A DNA stretch of 29,015 bases from Candidatus Heimdallarchaeota archaeon (GCA_048881705.1 JBHLSH010000052.1:1-29015); one strand, 5' to 3'; shown: positions 1-8,334, counted from the first letter of the stretch. Notes: generated from the sequence alone by a model not told the origin. Numbers and translations are program-made.

Positions 1-620
1 ATATCCTCCCCATCTGGACATTCTATCCTCAGGACAAGCTGCTTTTTAGATTTTGTTACAACCTCAGGATGTAGACAACCCTCTCGAAGCTTTGCCAACA
101 AAAACCTAACATATGAATCTGAAATAACGTTGAGAGATCCATTTTGTAAGTTTTCTGCTACTTCACCTGGGAAAATCTTAACTGTACGTCCACTACGTTT
201 TGTTGTGACTAAATTTACACCTTCTAGTCGGTTTAAATGATAACGGACCGTGTCATGATGAACAGGCGGATCTATACCGGCGGCAATCTGGCTTTGAAAC
301 GCTCCTGGCCTGTTTAGGACATAAGTGAAAATCTTCCTCGCCGTTTGTGGTCTGAGTACAGTAAAAATTCGTTCAGCTTCAGCGGACCTGAGCCCAGCTG
401 GATAGTAGATACGTTTTCCCGCAAATTTCAGGGATTTAATCAAGTTATCAGATTCAAGTCTCTTTAGGTGCCAGTTAAGGGTGCCTTGCGGAAGTTCTAA
501 GTATTTCGCAAGATCAAAAAAGTAAGATCCTGGGTTCTCTGCAAGAATGGAATAAATTCTACGACGTAAGGGATGTAAAAGCAAGCTCAAGTTTTCAGGT
601 TCTTCGGCAGTAAAGGCCAC
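1..620 (-). CDS. Tandem winged-helix (double HTH) transcriptional regulator, 3' end truncated by the window edge
   Basis: Absent from the ORF track because its stop lies outside the window. Manual translation from GTG at 620 (GGTGA just upstream): MAFTAEEPENLSLLLHPLRRRIYSILAENPGSYFFDLAKYLELPQGTLNWHLKRLESDNLIKS...QTARKIFTYVLNRPGAFQSQIAAGIDPPVHHDTVRYHLNRLEGVNLV..., i.e. two ArsR-like wHTH repeats, open to position 1. Confidence 0.85.
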   Translation of the reverse strand, partial: MAFTAEEPENLSLLLHPLRRRIYSILAENPGSYFFDLAKYLELPQGTLNWHLKRLESDNLIKSLKFAGKRIYYPAGLRSAEAERIFTVLRPQTARKIFTYVLNRPGAFQSQIAAGIDPPVHHDTVRYHLNRLEGVNLVTTKRSGRTVKIFPGEVAENLQNGSLNVISDSYVRFLLAKLREGCLHPEVVTKSKKQLVLRIECPDGED

Positions 621-637
621 AACATCACCTTAAGGGA

Positions 638-649
638 TAAAAGCTTTTA
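638..649. promoter_or_regulatory. 12-bp perfect palindrome TAAAAGCTTTTA upstream of the wHTH regulator
   Basis: Read directly; 18-29 nt upstream of the GTG at 620; resembles an archaeal BRE/TATA segment or an operator. Confidence 0.35.
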
Positions 650-902
650 AATGATACTAGGACAGAAATTGTTAAGATAAATGAGGTTTGTCCAGCGATC
701 AAGAGAACTTATTTGCATCACATAAATAAATCCTCTGATCGGAATCATTTTTCTCGCTTTTTCAATACCTTTTGGACCAAACAAGTTAAGGATATCCATT
801 CCTGCTCTATCTAAGATCTTATAAATCTCTTATCCAAAGTAAAAACCTAGATGTTATTAAAGAAAAAATCGGGTTATACTAGCGAGTTTAGCGCTCAAAC
901 TG

Positions 903-1409
903 CTAATTGGTGAATAGATCCCTTTTTGAATTTACATAATAGATGATGATACTCCCCGTTACGATGGATCCAATGAACCTAGTGATTATCAAAGCATCTG
1001 GAACCAATAATGCCATGAATCCAGATACCAGAATATTCACAATATACAATAGGATGGCTGCTATCCCACCCCATGCCTTCATATACCATAATCCGTAGGC
1101 CACCAAAACCTGGAACACGGCCATCCCTATACTAAACAGGGCTAGCCAGATATTGAACGATACACCTGAAATTCCATCCTGGAAATTCAAAACGGCACCT
1201 AAACCTACCAATACAGTGATGAGAGTGATTCCTGCTGGTCTGATGTAAAGTGGTCTTCTTCCCATATACCTCGAAGGAAATTGGGCTGGTTGAATTGAGT
1301 CTGAATCCCTTGTCGTACTACTGAAACTTTGTGAAATCTCCCGACCACAATCGGGACAGAAACGGCTCTCAGCAGGCAGTTTTGCTCCACAACTAAGACA
1401 ATACCGCAT
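903..1409 (-). CDS. Zinc-ribbon-containing membrane protein
   Basis: N-terminal CxxC-x10-CxxC (CLSCG...FCPDCG), Ser/Pro-rich linker, then about four hydrophobic helices. Confidence 0.8.
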   Translation of the reverse strand: MRYCLSCGAKLPAESRFCPDCGREISQSFSSTTRDSDSIQPAQFPSRYMGRRPLYIRPAGITLITVLVGLGAVLNFQDGISGVSFNIWLALFSIGMAVFQVLVAYGLWYMKAWGGIAAILLYIVNILVSGFMALLVPDALIITRFIGSIVTGSIIIYYVNSKRDLFTN

Positions 1410-1487
1410 TAACCTGCCTCAAGTCCTTCTGTTCGATAGCTATAGCCCCAGCCTGCAGTAAGCCCCTAAATAGAATCAAAAAGCGAT

Positions 1488-1501
1488 AAAAAAGGAAAAA
1501 A
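1488..1501 (-). terminator. Oligo-T archaeal terminator candidate
   Basis: T6-CC-T6 on the minus strand, 17 nt after the stop at 1518. Confidence 0.45.
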
Positions 1502-1517
1502 GGTAAATCGTTGTATC

Positions 1518-1937
1518 TCAGGCGGCTAGTGTAGTAATATCGACCTTACTGACACCTTTAATCTCAGCCAGCTCATCTCGTAGTTGATCTTGAGAGATGG
1601 TGAGATCCGAACTGTCCAGGTAACCTTCATAGGTACAGGAATCTTGTGTGAAACAGAGTCCAGTACTATATAGGGTTTTAATCTTGGATCGCATAAACAC
1701 GACCCCTAATTCCTGGAGGAAATCAGGGGAGAGTTCTCCAATTTCTATGGCTACTTTAACGACTTCAGGGCTTTTAGTCGGAATTATACGGATGATTTTG
1801 GTCGAGGGGGCTAGAATCATCACGGCCGAAGAATCAGTCGTATCTTTGGGCCGAAGAGTTTCGAGAAAATCAGCAGGAAGGCTGATCGGTTTGGATTCTT
1901 GTAGTTGTATCATCTTTGCAATTGTCACGGCAGACAT
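1518..1937 (-). CDS. Hypothetical protein, probable AbrB-like N-terminus plus ACT-like C-terminus
   Basis: ATG at 1937 with GGAGG upstream preferred over TTG at 1958. N-terminal KMIQLQESKPISLPADFLETL resembles swapped-hairpin AbrB; C-terminal VKVAIEIGELSPDFLQELG...LRDELAEIKGVSKVDI resembles ACT. Confidence 0.7.
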   Translation of the reverse strand: MSAVTIAKMIQLQESKPISLPADFLETLRPKDTTDSSAVMILAPSTKIIRIIPTKSPEVVKVAIEIGELSPDFLQELGVVFMRSKIKTLYSTGLCFTQDSCTYEGYLDSSDLTISQDQLRDELAEIKGVSKVDITTLAA

Positions 1938-2630
1938 AACTTTTCTTGTCCTCCACAAGGCAGGTGAGTTTTTTTTTTATCATATTACAGAAAGGTTTTC
2001 TTTGTATTAGTTGGTTTTTCTGGGAAAGAGAAATTAAAATTGACACGAAGAATCCCAGAAATCTCATATTTAAGGATTTTTATTATTCGTCCACGAAAAC
2101 CCTTTGCTTCCGGAAGAAAGTTAGCTAACCCTTTGCCTCAAAACCGCTCATTTCTTTCGACAAAACGCGGTTTTTGTGGCTTACTGAAAGTGTGGGAGCT
2201 CAGATGCAACTTGCATTGAAACATACATAACACGTTCTGGAAACCCTAATTAAGATAATGTGCCTTTGGGTAACCATTTATCCCGTAAATTGATAGTACA
2301 CGATAGATTGTTTTTTTAATTCTTAGGATTGGAAGTTAGAGTCAGGGAGGAAGCGTACCAGGTAAAGCGTGCGACCGAAGATTAAGTACAGCGGTGTATC
2401 ATAAAGCTTAAGATTGCTAGCTATGGCGAATGAATATTACTGTGTATTCCACGTGAAACATCTAGAACTGAATTGAAATAAACTTTATCCTAGCGGTTAT
2501 CCTATAAATAGCGTTGTCTTATCTCTTGTATCTCATTTTATCTGATCGGGAATATTAGTATGATCTTAAAAAGTACGATCTCATTTCCCATTTTTAGTCC
2601 TAATGCAAACAAGAAAGGGAAGTTTTTTGT

Positions 2631-3278
2631 GTGGTTTTTAGTTTAAAATCAATTTTGGATCGGGATATCAGATTAACCATCTTAGGGCATACCGGGGTAG
2701 GCAAAACTAGTTTGATCAAACGTTTAAAGGGAGAGGATCCCACTGAGGTCGAAAAAACCTTGGAAATAACCGTAGAAAAGAAAAAAATCATGCTTTTATC
2801 AGCCCGGGGTCATTCGAAGCTTTCCTTGGAGAGATACCGTAAGTACAATGTCGTTGCAGTCGATAATCCAGGAGATTTCAAACTTCGTCGTCAGTGGAGA
2901 GAAGCAATGCGTAAATACAAAACCGATGGAATCTTATTTATGCTGGATCCCTCTCAAGATGTGGAGGCCCAGCGTGTGGCTATGGAGGATTCATTCAATT
3001 ACTTCTTGGACTCTCTCAGCCTGGATCCTGACAAAGCGGATAAAAAAGCTCAGAAAAAACGATCTCTCTTCTTTTTTGTGGTGAACAAAATGGATACTAT
3101 CGATTATGATGAGAAAAAGGCCCGAACGTTTTTAGAAAACTTCAACGTAGTAATTCAAGACTATAAAATGACTTTTCCCTTTTCCACGTTCATTGAGGAC
3201 TTTATCAGCGTCCATGAATCCCCCTATGAGCGTATTGATGGTATATTCGAGAAGGTAAAACAGGCATTGTATGGTTAG
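2631..3278 (+). CDS. Ras-superfamily small GTPase (Arf/SR-beta/Rag-like)
   Basis: G1 GHTGVGKT, G2 Thr43, G3 DNPG, G4 NKMD; Arf-like LRRQW helix after G3. Confidence 0.9.
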   Translation: MVFSLKSILDRDIRLTILGHTGVGKTSLIKRLKGEDPTEVEKTLEITVEKKKIMLLSARGHSKLSLERYRKYNVVAVDNPGDFKLRRQWREAMRKYKTDGILFMLDPSQDVEAQRVAMEDSFNYFLDSLSLDPDKADKKAQKKRSLFFFVVNKMDTIDYDEKKARTFLENFNVVIQDYKMTFPFSTFIEDFISVHESPYERIDGIFEKVKQALYG

Positions 3279-3302
3279 TTATTGGACAGAAGAGTACCTA
3301 GA

Positions 3303-4127
3303 ATGGGAGATCTGCATCAGGTTATCGTACAGAATCGACATGAAACAGGTTTAGATGTAGTTGCATCAACCTTGGGAAGGAGCCAACTACATGATATTTC
3401 CTATTATCTGCCCTCTGTCATTCCGCTCGAGTTTGACCAGATTTTTCTCACCAAATTTATTCATAATACGGGTGCCATCGGTCTCCGTTTTGTATTTGAG
3501 GATATAGAAGACAAATGGGGAAGAAAAGGGATCAAGACCCATACTCTTCTGATCGATCCCGATTACTACAACGAAAAGACTGCTCAATATTTCATTGCGC
3601 CGTTTATAAACGGCACGGTTAACATGGAGGAGGATCGTCTACTAACCGATAATGATTTCGATTTATTACCACCACTCCCGGTTTCCTCCAAGTTTATTGA
3701 ACTAGCATTATGTAAAAAACATGTACAGATAAATGCAAAAGAAATAATAGACCCCCTACAGCTAATTCAGGTATTTGCGAGCATAGATAGGATGATTCCA
3801 CCAGTATTAAATTATATATTTTCTTTTCAGACCATGGTATCACCAGATGACTATAAACATTATAAAAAACAATCAATGGTATTTTCTTCAAAGAAACTAG
3901 ATCAAGCCGTCTTTCTCGAAGCTGTTCAAAATGAAACATCCGAGTTTGCTACAGTTCGTGCACTATCTGAGGCGTTGTTCGATCTCCCAAAACTGCGGCA
4001 ACTTCAACAAAACCTCTTCAAGAACCTCCCAGAGAGACGACTCAGTCTAAAAATACGCTGGCGTTTTGGTATCAAGGCCTTTTCAGATGCTAGCCGCAGT
4101 TTTGATATCAAACCCGAACAAAGATGA
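3303..4127 (+). CDS. Uncharacterised protein downstream of the GTPase (DxxGRxG-x3-H motif)
   Basis: About 275-aa open frame 24 nt after the GTPase stop (alternative TTG at 3282, 3 nt after it); contains EDKWGRKGIKTHTLLI. Confidence 0.8.
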   Translation: MGDLHQVIVQNRHETGLDVVASTLGRSQLHDISYYLPSVIPLEFDQIFLTKFIHNTGAIGLRFVFEDIEDKWGRKGIKTHTLLIDPDYYNEKTAQYFIAPFINGTVNMEEDRLLTDNDFDLLPPLPVSSKFIELALCKKHVQINAKEIIDPLQLIQVFASIDRMIPPVLNYIFSFQTMVSPDDYKHYKKQSMVFSSKKLDQAVFLEAVQNETSEFATVRALSEALFDLPKLRQLQQNLFKNLPERRLSLKIRWRFGIKAFSDASRSFDIKPEQR

Positions 4128-4191
4128 AAACTCTGATTCATGTGAGGCATGGCCATCGTCAAGAGGCAGTGAGCGCTAACAGGGCGGAATT

Positions 4192-4407
4192 TTAAGGTTC
4201 TTTTCTACCTTGCTGAATTTTTCCAAGGAGGTCCTGAACACATGCGACAACTTCTGGATCGGGATCTGCAAGGGCCTCATAGAGGAATTTCTCGCTTCGT
4301 TCGCGGGTGTATCGGGCAAGGTACTGGGCTGCAAAAATCCTTTCGAATCGATCAGGATGTTCCAGTAGCTTTTTCACCATTGTACGGAAAAGGTCTTTGT
4401 TAACCAT
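4192..4407 (-). CDS. Small HEAT/PBS-lyase repeat protein
   Basis: LLEHPDRFERIFAAQYLA and LYEALADPDPEVVACVQDLL match two HEAT-like repeats. Confidence 0.75.
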   Translation of the reverse strand: MVNKDLFRTMVKKLLEHPDRFERIFAAQYLARYTRERSEKFLYEALADPDPEVVACVQDLLGKIQQGRKEP

Positions 4408-4496
4408 TCATAACCAAGCCTATTCGAACAATAACCGATAAGAAGCTGAATTATGCCATAGTTTTTCAGGGTATCATCTTGACATCAGTATCTCAT

Positions 4497-5201
4497 ATGC
4501 AGGAAAATCAGGCTTTCACCTCCCAACAACTTGATAGAATCTTGACGAAACTATCTGAGACACGAAAAACTTTCAATGACCCTTTAGTGACTCATATCTC
4601 TAAGAAGAAAAGGGATCCATTTCAAATCTTGATTGCAACCATTTTAAGCCTTAGAACGAAGGATGAGGTGACATATAAAACGAGTCGAGAGTTGTTTACT
4701 CAAGCTGATACTCCAGAAAAAATTCTAGCTCTCTCTGAGGAAGTCCTCGAACAACTCATTTATCCTGTAGGATTTTATCGACGAAAAGCGCAAACCATTC
4801 GGGCAATATGCCAGCGATTGATAACAGAGTACGACGGACAAGTCCCAGATGAGCTTGACGAGTTACTATCGTTCAAAGGGGTTGGCCGCAAGACTGCCAA
4901 CCTAGTGGTTACGATGGGGTTCGGAAAACCTGGAATTTGCGTCGATGTTCACGTTGCTCGGATATCCCAGCGTATTGGTATTGTCCCGATAAAAGGGATA
5001 AAAGAAGACAAGCCCGTGTTTCGGGATGCAGACAATGTTGAGATGCTGCTGCGGAAAATATTACCCAAGAAATGGTGGATCCCCATCAATGACATCCTCG
5101 TGCGATATGGGCAGAATATATGTACTCCCATTAGTCCAAAGTGTAGCCAATGCGTCATTAATGATGTATGCGCGCAAGTGGGAGTTACAAAACGCCGCTA
5201 A
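4497..5201 (+). CDS. nth: Endonuclease III (HhH-GPD DNA glycosylase/AP lyase)
   Basis: ILSLRTKDEVT, HhH GVGRKTAN with catalytic Lys, VDVHV with catalytic Asp, 4Fe-4S motif C-x6-C-x2-C-x5-C. Alternative TTG start at 4479. Confidence 0.95.
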   Translation: MQENQAFTSQQLDRILTKLSETRKTFNDPLVTHISKKKRDPFQILIATILSLRTKDEVTYKTSRELFTQADTPEKILALSEEVLEQLIYPVGFYRRKAQTIRAICQRLITEYDGQVPDELDELLSFKGVGRKTANLVVTMGFGKPGICVDVHVARISQRIGIVPIKGIKEDKPVFRDADNVEMLLRKILPKKWWIPINDILVRYGQNICTPISPKCSQCVINDVCAQVGVTKRR

Positions 5202-5230
5202 ACACTCTACCAGTTTCTTTAATGAACTTC

Positions 5231-6148
5231 CTATTTCGTCTCAGGAGTAGGGTTCGTTCCTAACTTCCGCCTGACTCCGGGATATTTCTTTGCCAGTTCT
5301 TCTGGAGTTGGTAATAAGGTATAGTATGGTTGGTATCTTGCCCCCAAAGTTACAGCGCCAAGATTGTCCTCAATGATTTCTTGCATTTGTGTGTTGATCT
5401 CGAATCCCGAATAATGGCGGTAGGTCAGTTTGGCACACACTGCTGTTGTTCCATTCCCCATAAATGGGTCAAAAATTAGATCGCCAGGACGAGAACTAAA
5501 ATCAATAGCACGTATAATTACATCTTCTGGGAGTTTAGTGCCGTTTTTTCGTTGACCTGGCATGTATTTTCTAGGTATGTCCCAGACATCCAAAGGATAG
5601 TGTTTAATTTTGTTGAAGAAATATTTCTTAGGATTTTTAACTACATATAATACGTGATAGTGGCTTGTGACATATTTTTTCTTAGTAAAAACTCCGAATT
5701 GGTACTTCCAAATAATATGGTTGATTAACGTCAATGGACTCTTTTTGATCGCTATTAGTAAATCTGAAAGATTAGTCCAGCCCGAAAAAATGTAACCCGA
5801 TGCGGTATCCCTCATAATCCGCGGTAATTCGTCAACCCATTCATCAGTAAACTGATCATAGTCTTCGGTGATTTCTGAATATCCATCCACCACGAATTCA
5901 CTTTTTCGATTATACTGGGCTTCTTTTCCACTAAAATCCAGACCAAATGGGGGATCTGCTATGATGAGGTCGATACACTCATCAGGTAAAGATCGCATGC
6001 CCTTTACACAGTCCGTGTAGTGGATTCTCTCTGTGGGTAAGGAATGACGGGCATCAGCAAAGAGTTGGGCTGCCTCGTTCACTTCCCAGTCATAAGAGGG
6101 TCGAAAATCCAATTGGGCTAGTCCTGGAATGTAAGGTTTTCGTCGCAT
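5231..6148 (-). CDS. Site-specific amino-DNA methyltransferase, beta class (N6-A/N4-C)
   Basis: Motif IV DPPF precedes motif I FDPFMGNGTT; TKLPE motif X region; GFEIN motif II. Confidence 0.92.
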   Translation of the reverse strand: MRRKPYIPGLAQLDFRPSYDWEVNEAAQLFADARHSLPTERIHYTDCVKGMRSLPDECIDLIIADPPFGLDFSGKEAQYNRKSEFVVDGYSEITEDYDQFTDEWVDELPRIMRDTASGYIFSGWTNLSDLLIAIKKSPLTLINHIIWKYQFGVFTKKKYVTSHYHVLYVVKNPKKYFFNKIKHYPLDVWDIPRKYMPGQRKNGTKLPEDVIIRAIDFSSRPGDLIFDPFMGNGTTAVCAKLTYRHYSGFEINTQMQEIIEDNLGAVTLGARYQPYYTLLPTPEELAKKYPGVRRKLGTNPTPETK

Positions 6149-6293
6149 TTTCCGCTTTTACCCAATAATGTGCTCTATTTGTATAATCCCTCAAAGCTCA
6201 GGTTCGGAAACGCACTTTGTTTTCCAAAGTCTCTTCTCGTTTTATATATTTATCAGTAATGAAACTATTCAGAGTTGTGATATGGTGTATAAA

Positions 6294-6893
6294 ATGATTA
6301 CAACTGTCAAAACTAAAAACCTGACAAAATTCTACAACGATAATATCGTCGTGGATCATTTGAATTTTCATGTCGAAAGAGGTGAAATTGTGAGTTTACT
6401 GGGTCCAAATGGAGCAGGGAAATCAACCATAATAAGAATGTTAACTACCCTGCTCAATCCTGACGAAGGAACTGCCCGGATAACTTCAGACCATCCATTG
6501 AACTATGGTTATGGTAAGGACTCTCCTTTTGAAAAACTATATACATTGAAAGGAAAAGTTCTTTTGTTAGGGGCACCTTTGGATACAATTACCCTCCTTC
6601 ATTATGCGGAATCTATAGCCTCTTCACCCAATAAACGAATAATTCGTTATAAGAAACCCATTCTTAAAGATGATCTAGCCGTCTGGGTTGAAGTAGAGGA
6701 ATTTGACACATCACAAGGTGCATGGTATTGGGATGGAAAAAAACATTATTTCCTATCAATTATTGAGGAGGCCCTCACTCTAGACCTTGATAAACTTGGC
6801 ACAGTTGGAACTGCCGATTCTTATCTGTTTGATGCAAACTCTTTGGTAGAGTTTGCCGTCTCTTGGATGGAAAAAACTTTTGGAAATCGTTAA
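6294..6893 (+). pseudogene. In-frame chimera: ABC ATPase N-terminus fused to the C-terminal half of an aminoglycoside 3-N-acetyltransferase (AAC(3)/YokD family)
   Basis: Up to about 6480: TKNLTKFY...GEIVSLLGPNGAGKSTIIRMLTTLLNPDEGTARI (DrrA-like Walker A; no signature motif or Walker B follows). From about 6480: ITSDHPLNYGYGKDSP...GKVLLLGAPLDTITLLHYAE...EFDT...GTVGTADSYLFDA (AAC(3) C-half). The ORF-track start at 6168 adds a non-homologous segment. Confidence 0.8.
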
Positions 6894-6961
6894 ACGACTA
6901 ATCTTGACAGAAATAGATCCTCTGATTTGAGGAAATTATCTTCGCAATTTCCCAGATACTC

Positions 6962-7243
6962 TCAAGTCTTAATTACTCTCTTCTGGTACCCTTTTAAGAT
7001 TCTGTCAATGTCGTCAAACGTTCGTTTGAAGACGTTCATTAAGCAAATAAATTGGCTGTGTAGAAACACTATCGATCGAATCCCAGGCATCAATATAAAG
7101 GAGCCAACTGCCCAGGCTATTCTTTTCACTCGATTTTTTTCATATTTGAAAAGCGCATTATGGGGATTAACTCTGTTAAGAACCAGATAATTGTAAAAGT
7201 CATAAGATGCCCAGTAGAAAACTTTATTAGGCAAATTTAACAT
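6962..7243 (-). CDS. Small hypothetical protein
   Basis: 93-aa ATG ORF filling the gap between two plus-strand genes; no recognised family. Confidence 0.4.
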   Translation of the reverse strand: MLNLPNKVFYWASYDFYNYLVLNRVNPHNALFKYEKNRVKRIAWAVGSFILMPGIRSIVFLHSQFICLMNVFKRTFDDIDRILKGYQKRVIKT

Positions 7244-7286
7244 AAATTAAAAATTGGTTTTCTCTTTCAGAAATTGAGGTAAAAAA

Positions 7287-7616
7287 ATGACCACAGAGAC
7301 AGAAAAAACGCCAAAAAGTCTTTTACAAGAGTTTAAAGAATTTCTCAAGAATTATAAGGTTTTGGGTTTAGCGGTAGCTTTCATTATGGGTATTTATTTA
7401 GGTACTCTCGTTCAAGCACTTGTTAATGACCTCATCATGCCTATTTTTGAGCTCATTCCTGGGGCTTCGGATGTCCCTTGGAACGAAATAACTTTCTCAA
7501 TTGGGAATGCTGACTTTCTAATTGGTCATTTCCTAGGAGAATCGATTACGTTCATCATAATAGCATTTGTTATCTTTCTTATTGTGAGACTAGCCTCGAA
7601 GTATGGAATTGAATAA
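7287..7616 (+). CDS. mscL: Large-conductance mechanosensitive channel
   Basis: LLQEFKEFL...VLGLAVAFIMG...LVNDLIMP and a second TM (GHFLGESITFIIIAFVIF); GAGGT upstream. Confidence 0.93.
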   Translation: MTTETEKTPKSLLQEFKEFLKNYKVLGLAVAFIMGIYLGTLVQALVNDLIMPIFELIPGASDVPWNEITFSIGNADFLIGHFLGESITFIIIAFVIFLIVRLASKYGIE

Positions 7617-7676
7617 TCATTCGTGATTATACTGCAATTGATTTTATATTTGGTGCTAATACGGTCTAAGGATTGG

Positions 7677-7688
7677 AAAAAACAAAAA
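7677..7688 (-). terminator. Oligo-T terminator candidate
   Basis: T5-G-T6 on the minus strand about 30 nt after the stop at 7720. Confidence 0.4.
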
Positions 7689-7719
7689 TCAAAGGAATGT
7701 TAAAATTCAAAATCCAAAT

Positions 7720-8334
7720 TCAGACCCGTACCGAGCCGCGGAACCCCCTGGCGCCATAGAAAGAAGGCGCACTATTATGATATACGAAGACATGGTCGTA
7801 GCGGCGGTCAGCAAAGAGGGCACCACCGAGTTTTCTAATATCAGAAGGCGTTATCACCCAACTCGATGTCTTTGTATCGAAATTTCCCAGTTTCTGCAAC
7901 TCTCGATATTGTTCTTCCGTTAGGAGCTCAATGCCCATCGCATTTGCCATATCAATAGCGTTGCCTGCGGGGTACACTCCCTTCTTTTCCTTTTTTTTCT
8001 GCCCTTCACCGTCGTAACAAAGATTTCTGCGTCCCATAGGACTTTCTGCTGAACAATCGTAGAAAATGAATTCCTTACTCTCCTTATCCTGGTCAACTAC
8101 GTCTGGTTCTCCTCCAGTTGTTTCCATCCCATGAAGTGATTGAAGTTTTACGGCATTAGCTTCCAATCTTGCTTGGACTTCAGACCACTCAAGATCTATA
8201 TGACGGTTCATGTTTGCCTCAAAACGAGTTTTCAGTGTTTTGAGTAATTTCTCAAATTGTTCTGAAGATAACTTTTTTTTAAATTGTGCAAGATCGATTT
8301 GAACAATTTTGGTTTTAGGCGCTTTTTTTGACAT
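7720..8334 (-). CDS. DUF4256 family protein
   Basis: RFEANMNRH, METTGGEPDVV, FYDCSAESPMGRR, GIELLTEEQYRELQKLGNFDTKTSSW, GGALFADRRY, RGFRG match the family as I recall it. Confidence 0.85.
   Translation of the reverse strand: MSKKAPKTKIVQIDLAQFKKKLSSEQFEKLLKTLKTRFEANMNRHIDLEWSEVQARLEANAVKLQSLHGMETTGGEPDVVDQDKESKEFIFYDCSAESPMGRRNLCYDGEGQKKKEKKGVYPAGNAIDMANAMGIELLTEEQYRELQKLGNFDTKTSSWVITPSDIRKLGGALFADRRYDHVFVYHNSAPSFYGARGFRGSVRV

Noticed and set aside
6168-6293. N-terminal 42 codons of the listed 241-aa ORF
   Set aside because: Overlaps the divergent promoter region and is not ABC-like; similarity begins at Met 6282/6294.
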